NCBI GenBank assembly: GCA_045616885.1
Contig: JAZLHS010000011.1
Coordinates: forward strand, 1 to 58,922
DNA length: 58,922 nucleotides
Direction: 5' to 3'
Source of the DNA: Selenomonadaceae bacterium
GTDB taxonomy: Bacteria > Bacillota > Negativicutes > Selenomonadales > Selenomonadaceae
Below are positions 8,976-17,503 of this stretch, piece by piece. The notes beneath the pieces were generated by a model. The model ran no database searches and was not told where the DNA came from. It saw only the letters and a program-made list of their open reading frames with translations. The position numbers and the translations under genes were made by a program. How positions within the stretch are numbered: the stretch's first letter is position 1; every line of letters starts with the position of its first letter.

Positions 8976-9122
8976 AATGTAATTGCGCCGAATATAGTCT
9001 GTAAGAAAACAGTTTATCTGCGCCGGTGCTTAGCGACTGACAAACCAGCAGGTGCTGTCAGAGCTTAGCACCGCTGCGCAGATAACCTAGCGCAAGCGTG
9101 TTTTCGGCAGACAATATTCGGC
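8976..9122 (+). repeat. LHR copy D
   Basis: Outer arms 8987-9001 GCCGAATATAGTCTG and 9108-9122 CAGACAATATTCGGC. The upper stem is CGGTGCT/AGCACCG. Confidence 0.85.
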
Positions 9123-9129
9123 AGCTCCG

Positions 9130-9780
9130 TTATAATATCTCTAATGTATCAGTGGTTACCTGACAGGGCAGCCGCCATATTTTTACTCCGGCCTCCTCCG
9201 CCTCTCGCAGAGCGATGCCAAACTCTGGATGCGTCTCCACATTGGGATAGACATCCCGGATTCCATTCATCTGAATGACGAAGGCAATGACAGTCGTGTA
9301 TCCCTGCGCGGCCGCCGCCGTCAGTTCCCGAAGATGCTTCACGCCCCGCTCCGTGGGAGCATCCGGGAAGTAACCCACGCCGTCAATCTCCAAAGTGCAG
9401 CCCTTTACCTCCAGCAGAGTTTTCTCCGCGCCCTTCTCCAGATAGAAGTCAATGCGGGACTGACCGTATTTGTACTCCGGTCTTATCAGGTCATAGTCCT
9501 GCCGCTCCAGCCACTCCTTCACCACCTGATTAGGCGCCTGACTGTCAATATTTATCCAGCCGATATTTGGCTTATTGACCGCCACCAGATCATACTGAGT
9601 CTTTCTGGCCGGATTGTCACTTTTTACCAGCGCTACCTCCCGGCCGGGCAGCAGCAGCTCTTTACAGCGACCGGTATTCTTCACATGGACGGTCTCTCGT
9701 CTGCCCTCTATATCAACTATGGCGATGAAGCGATTGGGCCGCTCTGCAAATGCCCCGATTGTGCAGTTATCGTATCGCAT
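9130..9780 (-). CDS. sfsA: sugar fermentation stimulation protein SfsA (nuclease-fold DNA-binding protein)
   Basis: 216 aa. N-terminus ...RPNRFIAIVDIEGRRETVHVKNTGRCKELL is typical of SfsA. Confidence 0.85.
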   Translation of the reverse strand: MRYDNCTIGAFAERPNRFIAIVDIEGRRETVHVKNTGRCKELLLPGREVALVKSDNPARKTQYDLVAVNKPNIGWINIDSQAPNQVVKEWLERQDYDLIRPEYKYGQSRIDFYLEKGAEKTLLEVKGCTLEIDGVGYFPDAPTERGVKHLRELTAAAAQGYTTVIAFVIQMNGIRDVYPNVETHPEFGIALREAEEAGVKIWRLPCQVTTDTLEIL

Positions 9781-9874
9781 GATGTTCCTCTCTTCCTTAT
9801 TCTCTCTTCATCAGAGTGGTCTCACTATATCACACCGACGGGCCGTTTTCAAATCCCCGCTGTCTTGTCTCACA

Positions 9875-9903
9875 TTGTTCCCCCATCTCAAAGGTGCTAT
9901 AAT
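9875..9903 (+). promoter_or_regulatory. putative promoter of the EamA/YitT genes
   Basis: TTGTTC (9875-9880), 17 nt ending in TGC (an extended -10 TG), TATAAT (9898-9903). Confidence 0.6.
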
Positions 9904-9949
9904 AAACTTTATTCACTATTGAAAAAATACATTCAAAGGTCTTATATAA

Positions 9950-10834
9950 ATGACTACAAAACATAAAGGCATGGCTCTCGCCGCTGCCGGAGCTGCCTTC
10001 TGGGGCTGCGCCGGTGTAGCCGCTCAGTTCGTCCTGCAGAACAGAGGCTTCTCCCCGGAGTGGCTCACTACCGTCAGGATGCTGCTGGCCGGAGCTCTGC
10101 TTCTCGCCTTCTGCCGATTTCGCGGCGAAAATATCACCGCCATCTGGCAGAACTCTCTGGATAAAAAAGAAATCATCATCTTCTCCCTGTTCGGCATGCT
10201 GATGACTCAGTACACCTACTACGCCTGCATCAACGTCAGCAATGCACCTACTGCCACCACGCTCGGCTATCTCATGCCGGTATTCATTGTAATCTATGTC
10301 GCCCTGCGTGACCGGCAGCTGCCCACGAAAACAGAAATGTTCTGCGTCTTTCTCGCCGTAGTCGGCTCCGCTGTGCTGGTGACGAGAGGCGACTTCGGCA
10401 CGCTGGCCATCACGCCCATGGCGCTATGCCTCGGTCTCACCACCGGAGCCTCGCAAGCCGTCTACACCCTGCAGCCCCGTCGGCTGCTTACTCTCTACTC
10501 TCCGGAACTGGTGGTAGGCTGGGGCGTATTGCTGGGCGGTATCTTCTTTACCCCCATTGCTCAGCCATGGCATTTCAGCGGCATCATGGACATGACCGCA
10601 GCTCTGTCCTTTGCTTACATCGTCGTTGGCGGCACAGTCTTCGCCTTCGTCCTCTACATGGCCAGTCTTCGCCTGGTCGGCCCATCCGACGCCGCTATGA
10701 CCAGCTGCATTGAGCCGGCGGCTTCCGTCGTCGTCTCCGGTCTGGTGCTGGGCGTCACCTTCGGCCCGGCTGAGACGCTGGGCATGATGATGATACTGTC
10801 GGCCATCTGCATACTGGCCAGAAAGAACAGCTAA
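9950..10834 (+). CDS. EamA/DMT-family transporter
   Basis: 294 aa, about 10 TM segments arranged as two EamA-like halves. Confidence 0.8.
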   Translation: MTTKHKGMALAAAGAAFWGCAGVAAQFVLQNRGFSPEWLTTVRMLLAGALLLAFCRFRGENITAIWQNSLDKKEIIIFSLFGMLMTQYTYYACINVSNAPTATTLGYLMPVFIVIYVALRDRQLPTKTEMFCVFLAVVGSAVLVTRGDFGTLAITPMALCLGLTTGASQAVYTLQPRRLLTLYSPELVVGWGVLLGGIFFTPIAQPWHFSGIMDMTAALSFAYIVVGGTVFAFVLYMASLRLVGPSDAAMTSCIEPAASVVVSGLVLGVTFGPAETLGMMMILSAICILARKNS

Positions 10835-10843
10835 GGTACCCAC

Positions 10844-11752
10844 ATGATAAAAAAATTCTTCCACTATCTCGGAGTCGTCATCGGCTGCCTCATTGCCGCC
10901 GGCTCCATCAACGTCTTCCTCGTCCAGCACCATCTGCTGTCCGGCGGTCTCGCCGGTCTCGGTATCATCAGCTACTATATGTTCGGCCTGCCGGCCGGTA
11001 CGGTCACGCTGGCCCTCAATGTTCCGCTCCTCGTCGCTGCCTGGCGGACGCTGGGGAAGAAATATGTAGCAGAAATCATCTTCAGCACCGTAATGTTCTC
11101 CGTTTGCCTCGATGCTACAGAGTTCATGAACCATCTGTATGTTACCGATGACATTCTTCTGGCCGCCATCTACGGCGGTGTCTTCAACGGTATCGGCTAC
11201 GGCATACTCTACCGGCTGGGAGCCAACTCCGGCGGCATGGATATCGCTGCCGCCATCGTCAAGAAATATTATTCCTTCAATATGGGCGAGGTCGTATTCG
11301 GCATCAACTGCTGCATCATGCTGCTGGCCGCCTGCCTCTTCGGTCCGGCACCTGCCATGTATACCCTCATTTCCATGTTCATAGCCAGCCGGGTCTCTGA
11401 TATGCTGGCCGCCGGCTTCAATCACCGCAAGGCGGTCATCATCATTTCCCAGTACCCCGAGCAAATCGCAGACGGCATCATCCATCGGCTGGAACGCGGC
11501 GCTACCTTCCTTGACGGTGCCGGTGCTTTCTACGGTGATGAGAAGCGCGTAGTCTTCTCCGTTGTCCGAATGACGGAGATTGCCCGCCTGAAAAATCTCA
11601 TCCACGATGTAGACCCCACAGCTTTCATGATTTTCATCGATGCCAATGAGGTCATGGGGCGAGGCTTCACCCTCTCCCGCCAGACCGTGACCGATGCCCG
11701 AGCCGCCGGTGATAAGAGATTGGTCGGTTCCCGGTTTGATGACGGAGAATAA
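10844..11752 (+). CDS. YitT-family membrane protein (DUF2179 C-terminal domain)
   Basis: 302 aa. Repeated GGxxG membrane motifs (SGGLAGLG, NSGGMD) and a soluble C-terminal DUF2179-like end. Confidence 0.75.
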   Translation: MIKKFFHYLGVVIGCLIAAGSINVFLVQHHLLSGGLAGLGIISYYMFGLPAGTVTLALNVPLLVAAWRTLGKKYVAEIIFSTVMFSVCLDATEFMNHLYVTDDILLAAIYGGVFNGIGYGILYRLGANSGGMDIAAAIVKKYYSFNMGEVVFGINCCIMLLAACLFGPAPAMYTLISMFIASRVSDMLAAGFNHRKAVIIISQYPEQIADGIIHRLERGATFLDGAGAFYGDEKRVVFSVVRMTEIARLKNLIHDVDPTAFMIFIDANEVMGRGFTLSRQTVTDARAAGDKRLVGSRFDDGE

Positions 11753-11795
11753 CGCCGATGTCTTTTCTTTTTCACAGAGACAGACTATATGCACC

Positions 11796-11824
11796 TTGTA
11801 AAATAACCTTTGTCCATTTATAAT
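11796..11824 (+). promoter_or_regulatory. putative promoter of the PAS-GGDEF-like gene
   Basis: TTGTAA (11796-11801), 17 nt, TATAAT (11819-11824). Confidence 0.6.
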
Positions 11825-11936
11825 AGTACATAGTATTGTTTACAATGGTATTTTTATCTCAAACAATCGGCTCGCTTCTCGAACTGAAGCGAACACTGCA
11901 AGAATAATCAACTATCATCTGAAAAAGAGTGATAAC

Positions 11937-13250
11937 ATGTTTACTCCGAAACTAAGCATTGCTATTGCCGCACTGCCGGACAGTGCCGTTGAGCTGCTCC
12001 GTTCCATTGTCCCCAAAGGCACGGAAGTCTCCGTCGCACCGTCACTGAAGGGTTCTACGGATTTGTCCTACGACATCATCATCATGGGAGACAACGCGGG
12101 GATGACCCCCGATGAGATTCACGATATCGCCCCTCAGACAGTCATCTATCTGGTCACCGACCATGAGAAATCTCTCAGTCCGGAAATGTTTTTGGGCGTG
12201 CAGGAAATATGGCCGGCCGATATGACAGAGACCATCTGGACTTATCGCCTCCGCCGTATGCTGGAAGATTTCGTCGCCCGAAAGAACGGCTACTACTACC
12301 GGGCTTCGCTTGATGCCATGATAAATTCCCTGCCGGATCTCATCTGGTTCAAGGATGTTCAGGGCGCTCATCTGAAGGTCAACGATGCGTTCTGCGACTT
12401 TGTCGGCAAAGCCAAATCGGATGTGGAAGGCCGCGGTCACTACTACATCTGGGGGCTCACCGAGGAAATGTACAAGAACGGCGAGTTCGTCTGTCTGGAG
12501 ACGGAGGCCGAGGTTCTTCGCCGTGGTGTCACCTGTCACTTCGACGAACATGTAGAGAATGATTCCGGTGTCCGCAATCTGTCGACCTACAAGACACCTA
12601 TCCGCGATGAAGACGGTACTATCATAGGAACGGTAGGCGTTGCCCATGACGTCACCACCGAGGCTTCACAGAAGCGCCGCATTGAGGACCTTGCTTTCTC
12701 CGATGCCCTCACCGGTCTCTACAATCGCTACGCTTTTTATACTATGCTGTCGCGTCGCCGCGGCACGCTCCGGGTCACTATCATCACCTTTGACCTTGAC
12801 AACTTCCGACTGGTAAACGAATGCTTCGGCCATCAGTCCGGCGATGAAGCACTGCTTCTCTTCTCCAGATTTCTCCGGGACACCTTCCCCGACAACATCT
12901 GTGTCCGCATGAACGGCGACATCTTCGCCGTTGCCCTCTTCGGCGAAGTAGTGCGGGAAGATATAACCGGGAAGCTTGACAGTCTGTTTGCGCTCGTAAA
13001 GCGGTCATTCTCCGCCGAGCGTTCTCACAACTTCCTATCGGTCAGCGTCGGTATCGCCGATACGCCAAATCCCTCGCAATCGGTGGATGATGTCATTCGC
13101 CGCTGCGGCTATGCAGTCGCTCACCTGAAGCGGCGCAACGGCTTCACCATTGCCCTCGATCCCACAAAGCCGCCCAGTCCGCTGCTCCTCGACCTGCTTC
13201 GGACGAAAGCCGACTCGGCTTATTGCTTCTACGACGATATCCAGAAATAA
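11937..13250 (+). CDS. PAS + GGDEF-like signalling protein with a degenerate active-site motif (NGDIF)
   Basis: 437 aa. PAS-like segment (LPDLIWFKD...GTVGVAHDVT). GGDEF-domain landmarks DALTGLYNR and GHQSGDEAL. The GG[DE]EF position reads RMNGDIFAV (about 12912-12926). Confidence 0.75.
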   Translation: MFTPKLSIAIAALPDSAVELLRSIVPKGTEVSVAPSLKGSTDLSYDIIIMGDNAGMTPDEIHDIAPQTVIYLVTDHEKSLSPEMFLGVQEIWPADMTETIWTYRLRRMLEDFVARKNGYYYRASLDAMINSLPDLIWFKDVQGAHLKVNDAFCDFVGKAKSDVEGRGHYYIWGLTEEMYKNGEFVCLETEAEVLRRGVTCHFDEHVENDSGVRNLSTYKTPIRDEDGTIIGTVGVAHDVTTEASQKRRIEDLAFSDALTGLYNRYAFYTMLSRRRGTLRVTIITFDLDNFRLVNECFGHQSGDEALLLFSRFLRDTFPDNICVRMNGDIFAVALFGEVVREDITGKLDSLFALVKRSFSAERSHNFLSVSVGIADTPNPSQSVDDVIRRCGYAVAHLKRRNGFTIALDPTKPPSPLLLDLLRTKADSAYCFYDDIQK

Positions 13251-13279
13251 TAAATGAGACGGCAAAGCCGTCTCGACCA

Positions 13280-13430
13280 TAATATAAAACCAACGGCATA
13301 ACTACCTGTAAAGAAACCATTTATTCACGCCGCCACTTGGCGACCTGCAAGCAAGCATGCGCAGCAGGAGCTTAGTGGCGCTGCGCGAATAACTGAACGC
13401 GAGTGTGTTTCTGTCAGGCAGTTATGCCGT
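13280..13430 (+). repeat. LHR copy E
   Basis: Outer arms 13293-13308 ACGGCATAACTACCTG and 13415-13430 CAGGCAGTTATGCCGT. The upper stem is CGCCACT/AGTGGCG. Followed by TTTTTG. Confidence 0.85.
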
Positions 13431-13466
13431 TTTTGCGTCCATCTCAGCCCGAATAAATGGAGAATA

Positions 13467-13504
13467 CAAAAAATCCCGGCTGCCGCCGAAGCGGTAACCG
13501 GGAC
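13467..13504 (-). terminator. intrinsic terminator after the PRC-barrel gene (end of the long minus-strand envelope block)
   Basis: The minus strand reads AGTCCCGGTTACCGCTTCGGCGGCAGCCGGGATTTTTTG. This is a GC-rich nested stem followed by T6. Confidence 0.7.
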
Positions 13505-13532
13505 TGAACAAGCTTTATTCTATTGATTTTGA

Positions 13533-14402
13533 TTACTGTACATTCATGGAAAGCTCGACAATCTTATTGGCCAGCTTTGCCTTCTGAAGAATTTCCTCGG
13601 TGACGGTAGCGCCTACCTCGGCAATGACGAAACCGGTAGCCGTGGCAACCGGGCGAACTACCTTCTTGCCCAGCAGGAAGCGGCGATGACGCTCCTCCGT
13701 AGCACGGTCAGCCGCAGACTCAGCAGTCTCAGCCGGCTCCTCGATTACGACCGGAATTTCCGGCTCCGGTTCGGGCTCAGGCTCAGCAACGACTTCGACT
13801 TCCTCAGCAGCCGGCTCCTCAACCATCGGAACTTCTGCAACCGGCTCCTCCTCAACGACCGGAGCCTCCTCCACTACGGGAGCAGCCTCAACGACCGGTT
13901 CGGGAGCACTTAATTCTTCAGTTTTTTTTTCCGCTTCTACATCAGCATCGATAACAGTGACCTGCTTACCGAAGATGGAAATCTGGTCAGCGCTGATCTC
14001 AGCAGCACCGCCGTTTTCGTCCACGAGAGCGCACTTCTCAATGCGGCCGCCCTCACCGACGTAAATCTCGGATACCTTGCCCTGAATGGTACCGGTCTTG
14101 GTGATAGCCTTGGTACCGATAATGCGGACATTGGCATCCAGCATGGTCTCATAATCGCTGGCATCCTCGAGGGTGAGGATGTTCTCACTGTTGGTAATGG
14201 TAACAGCGTCTTCACCGATAGCGATGACGGAGGAGTACGGCAGGAGCTTTACTCCGCGATACCAATCTTCGTCCTCAATGGTGATGGCGGCAACAACGCC
14301 ATTCTTTGCATCGATGAGCAGGGATTTGCTGGTGCCCAGCTCACGGCCCTCAGTAATGCTGATAACGGGCAGATTGAGGATTTCTACGCTTTTCTTTAAC
14401 AT
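13533..14402 (-). CDS. PRC-barrel domain protein (two barrels) with an acidic Pro/Val/Glu linker
   Basis: 289 aa. Two YlmC/YmxH-like PRC-barrel segments, then the tract [50 protein letters not shown], then a conserved-looking C-terminal module. Confidence 0.65.
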   Translation of the reverse strand: MLKKSVEILNLPVISITEGRELGTSKSLLIDAKNGVVAAITIEDEDWYRGVKLLPYSSVIAIGEDAVTITNSENILTLEDASDYETMLDANVRIIGTKAITKTGTIQGKVSEIYVGEGGRIEKCALVDENGGAAEISADQISIFGKQVTVIDADVEAEKKTEELSAPEPVVEAAPVVEEAPVVEEEPVAEVPMVEEPAAEEVEVVAEPEPEPEPEIPVVIEEPAETAESAADRATEERHRRFLLGKKVVRPVATATGFVIAEVGATVTEEILQKAKLANKIVELSMNVQ

Positions 14403-14517
14403 TTGGATATTCCTCCTGATAAAATATTTCTAAGATTTAGCAGAATAAAGTTCTTAATAATTGTATCATAAAAAAGACTCTAAGAGTATCCCCTATATTA
14501 TCTTTTTTCCTATCCGG

Positions 14518-16071
14518 TCAGCCTATCTCCCGGAAGTAATCTTCAGGGATATCGGTAAAGGACAGGCGCGGGGTGCCGTGCTTCTCCAGCACCGCCATCA
14601 GCTTCGTCAGGTAGTCCTCAGAACTCCTGAACTGAGCCGCCGTGAACTCATCAGCTGCTACGGCCGGCAGACTGCCTGCGTCGCGATAAGCCTCGATGGC
14701 TCGCTCGTAGTTACCCTGTGCTTTGTAGATATTGGCCAGCTCGATAACGACAAAGGGCGCATAGCTGTTGTCTCCGAATCGTTCTACCGCCTTGCCGAAT
14801 ATTACCGCTGCCAGAGAAAGATTTCCGGCATCCTTCTCGCTGTAAGCGTAGTCCAAAAAATCATCCAAAGTGGACAGAGAGGACAACTTATCGGCGGGAA
14901 TCTCCGGCTGAATCTCCGGCTCTTCCTTAACGTCCTCTGCCGGTTCGGTGTCATTCACCAGCTCCGGTATCATCTCGGGCTCGGGTTCCGGCTCCGGCTC
15001 CGGAATAACTTCAGGTACCGGTTCAGGTATCGGCTCAGGCTCAGGTATGACTTCCGGCTCTGGCTCATCAGCAGGTACTTCTTCCGGCACCACAAAGCTG
15101 AAGCCCTGCGGCCCGATGATGAAAGCTCCGGTTTTCGGCTTCGGTTCAGGTACCGGCTCGGGCTCCGGAATGATTTCCGGCTCAGGCTCAGGTATCGGCT
15201 CGGGCTCCGGAATGATTTCCGGTTCAGGCTCAGGTATCGACTCGGGCTCTGGAATGATTTCCGGCTCAGGCTCAAGTATCGGCCCGGGCTCCGGAACGAT
15301 TTCCGACACAGGCTCGGGTATCGGCTCGGGCTCCGGAATAATTTCCGGTTCAGGCTCGGGTATCGGCTCGGGCTCCGGAATGATTTCCGGCTCAGGATCA
15401 AGTATCGGCTCGGGCTCCGGAATAATTTCCGGTTCAGGTTCGGGTATCGGCTCGGGCTCCGGAACAATTTCCGGCTCAGGCTCGGGCAACGGCTCGGGCT
15501 CCGGAACGATTTCCGGTTCAGGCTCGGGCATCGGCTCGGGCTCCGGAATCATTTCAAAAATTGGTTCAGGTACCGGCGGAACCTGAATTATCGGTTCAGT
15601 AACCGGTGCAGCCACCGGTGTGAGGTCCGGTGCCTTCACTTCGGTGGGAAGCGGCTCCGGTGCAGCGATTGCCGGCTCTTCTACGGTTTCCGGCAAATCC
15701 ACCGTGTCTTCGATCGAGTCCTCAAGGGATATCGTCTCCGGCTCATCCGGATCATCAAGCGAGTGAATCTTCGCCTCCACAGTCTCCAGAGCGGAAATCA
15801 TCGGCTTCCGTTCCGGGTCGTGTTTCAGCAGATATTCGTTGTAGTATGTCACCAGCGCAGCAGAAGCAATAATCAGGGCAAATATCAATGCTACATAGTC
15901 AAAGGTGATGTAAGATGACACCGTCAAGGCGATGAAGTTTGCTATTACTGCCATCACAGCACAGAGTGCCAATGACCGCCACTTCAGGCCGAAACCCAAA
16001 TAATCGGTCACCTTGTGAATCACCAGAATGACCACAGCCATTACAGCGCAGGTGATAAGGAAAAATTCCAT
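14518..16071 (-). CDS. membrane protein: 3 N-terminal TM helices, long tandem Pro-Glu repeat region, C-terminal TPR/FimV-C-like module
   Basis: 517 aa. About 9-10 copies of a 14-aa unit ([14 protein letters not shown]). C-terminal [21 protein letters not shown] is a TPR-like helix pair. Confidence 0.7.
   Translation of the reverse strand: MEFFLITCAVMAVVILVIHKVTDYLGFGLKWRSLALCAVMAVIANFIALTVSSYITFDYVALIFALIIASAALVTYYNEYLLKHDPERKPMISALETVEAKIHSLDDPDEPETISLEDSIEDTVDLPETVEEPAIAAPEPLPTEVKAPDLTPVAAPVTEPIIQVPPVPEPIFEMIPEPEPMPEPEPEIVPEPEPLPEPEPEIVPEPEPIPEPEPEIIPEPEPILDPEPEIIPEPEPIPEPEPEIIPEPEPIPEPVSEIVPEPGPILEPEPEIIPEPESIPEPEPEIIPEPEPIPEPEPEIIPEPEPVPEPKPKTGAFIIGPQGFSFVVPEEVPADEPEPEVIPEPEPIPEPVPEVIPEPEPEPEPEMIPELVNDTEPAEDVKEEPEIQPEIPADKLSSLSTLDDFLDYAYSEKDAGNLSLAAVIFGKAVERFGDNSYAPFVVIELANIYKAQGNYERAIEAYRDAGSLPAVAADEFTAAQFRSSEDYLTKLMAVLEKHGTPRLSFTDIPEDYFREIG
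15141..15555 (-). repeat. in-frame tandem repeat, about 10 units of 42 bp (14-aa unit [14 protein letters not shown])
   Basis: The unit CGGCTCGGGCTCCGGAATGATTTCCGGCTCAGGCTCAGGTAT (plus strand) recurs head-to-tail with point differences. A shorter related block lies at about 14950-15075. Confidence 0.9.
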
Positions 16072-16167
16072 ATTTGTATCACCTATACAAAGTTATCTTT
16101 GCTTTATTCGTCATCGCCTTTTATTATTCCTGCAATACATTTTATTTTCCGGTCCATCACGCTGTCA

Positions 16168-16803
16168 TCACTTCGTCCGACGAAGCATCTTTGCTGCATC
16201 AAGCATCATCTGCTGTGTAGCGGCATCCGGTGTCAGGCTGCCTGCCCTGGCTTCCGGTGCAGGCTCCGGGCCGGCATCATCATTTCTCGACACAGCCTCC
16301 GGCGGCTGCTTGCCTTCCGGTACGACTCCCGGAGCAGGAGCACTGCCGACTGCCGACTCCTTTCCGTCTGCCGCCGGCTGACCGGCAGCATATCCTCCAT
16401 CCGCCGGTTTATTATCAGAAGCGGCCGCCGGCTTATCTGCCTTCAGCTTAGTGACCTGAGGCGCTGCCGGTTTCTCAACGACCGGAGGAGTGGGTGGTAC
16501 GGGCTTCACCGGTATCGTCACTGCGGTGAATCTCAGCCACACCGCGGCTACTACCAAAGCTGCCAGCAGCGGGGCTGCCCGCAGAAACTGACGAACCAGC
16601 TTCGATTTGCTGCGAAGTACCGCATCGCCGGCGGGAGAATTCTTCATCTCTCTCGCTCTGGTCAGCTCCGCTTCCGCCAGCATCAGGTCCAGTTCACTCT
16701 TTACATCCTCACGGTTTTCCAAAGCTCCCGAGGCTGACCCGAGCCAGTCTCTAGCTGCATCAAGATGGTCTTTCACCCGGTCTCGCTGCTTATTTTCCGA
16801 CAT
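16168..16803 (-). CDS. hypothetical single-pass membrane protein with a Pro/Ala-rich C-terminal region (possible anti-sigma partner)
   Basis: 211 aa. About 85 aa of charged N-terminus, TM AAPLLAALVVAAVWLRF, Pro-rich tail. It lies 31 nt downstream of the sigma gene. No zf-HC2 motif is visible. Confidence 0.45.
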   Translation of the reverse strand: MSENKQRDRVKDHLDAARDWLGSASGALENREDVKSELDLMLAEAELTRAREMKNSPAGDAVLRSKSKLVRQFLRAAPLLAALVVAAVWLRFTAVTIPVKPVPPTPPVVEKPAAPQVTKLKADKPAAASDNKPADGGYAAGQPAADGKESAVGSAPAPGVVPEGKQPPEAVSRNDDAGPEPAPEARAGSLTPDAATQQMMLDAAKMLRRTK

Positions 16804-16833
16804 ACCACCCCTCCTTTCCTCTTCTTAAATTCG

Positions 16834-17469
16834 TTATTTTGCCATGAAGCGGGACAGCATACCTCTGATACGCTGTATGCCCTTCTTCTGCAAACGATAA
16901 ATACTTCCTGCCGACAGAGACATATTCTCTGCCACAGCGGAAGCAGTTTCCTCTCTCAGGTAAATAGAGTTAATGACCTGCCGCTCTTTCGCCGGCAATC
17001 TGTCAACAGCGCTTCTCAGGCGGCTATGAAGCTCGGCCTGCTCAATCTGCGCTGGGATATCAGCCCCGAAGTCAGGAATGGCCTCCCAGTGCCGCAGCTC
17101 CGTATCCTCTGACAGGAACTCTGTAACCAGCGCGCCCCGTTTTGCCTCAGCCGTCAGCCAGTCCAGCATACGGCCTCGTATCCGGTGCACTGCATAGAGG
17201 CTGAATGCCACGCCCCTTGTGTGGTCATAGCTTTCCGTCGCTTCAATAAGTCCTACCGTTCCCTCCTGTACCACATCCATGACTCCCTCCATGGAAGCAA
17301 ATGGTCTGGCACAGCGGAACACCAGCGGCTGGTAGGAACGGATGAGCCGGCTGCGGGCAGTCTTATCGCCCTGTTCCTTGTAGGCAATCCAGAGTTCTTC
17401 TTCCTCCTGCGAAGTCAGGGGCATTATCCGCTTCAGCTCGGCCAGATAGTCCTGCCATTCCATGCTCAT
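16834..17469 (-). CDS. sigma-70 family RNA polymerase sigma factor (small group-3, SigH/FliA-sized)
   Basis: 211 aa. Region 2 VVQEGTVGLIEATESYDHTRGVAFSLYAVHRIRGRMLDWL. Region 4 HTH ASAVAENMSLSAGSIYRLQKKGIQRIR. Confidence 0.85.
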   Translation of the reverse strand: MSMEWQDYLAELKRIMPLTSQEEEELWIAYKEQGDKTARSRLIRSYQPLVFRCARPFASMEGVMDVVQEGTVGLIEATESYDHTRGVAFSLYAVHRIRGRMLDWLTAEAKRGALVTEFLSEDTELRHWEAIPDFGADIPAQIEQAELHSRLRSAVDRLPAKERQVINSIYLREETASAVAENMSLSAGSIYRLQKKGIQRIRGMLSRFMAK

Positions 17470-17503
17470 CAGCTCCTTTCTTTATATATTCAATAGATAT
17501 TTA

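Noticed and set aside
10424-11794. 456-aa minus-strand ORF spanning the EamA/YitT genes.
   Set aside because: It is antisense to two well-supported transporter genes. It crosses their intergenic gap, has no recognisable motif and has a shadow-ORF composition.
13256-13274. GCCGTCT-containing hairpins (also at 54539-54555) resemble the Neisseria DNA-uptake sequence core.
   Set aside because: Only a 7-nt core is shared, in two or three places. The organism is unrelated, and the full 10-12-nt DUS is not present. I treat this as coincidence.
15141-15555. Regular short repeats that could be mistaken for a CRISPR array.
   Set aside because: The units are contiguous (42 bp, no unique spacers), in frame, and lie inside a long ORF. 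No cas genes or leader are present.
14461-15918. 485-aa plus-strand ORF full of RLRxRxGLRNDF repeats, and the 212-aa GSGSG-repeat ORF at 14948-15586.
   Set aside because: These are alternative-frame or antisense readings of the 42-bp Pro-Glu tandem array. Only the minus-strand frame has TM helices, a start with an RBS and a structured C-terminus.
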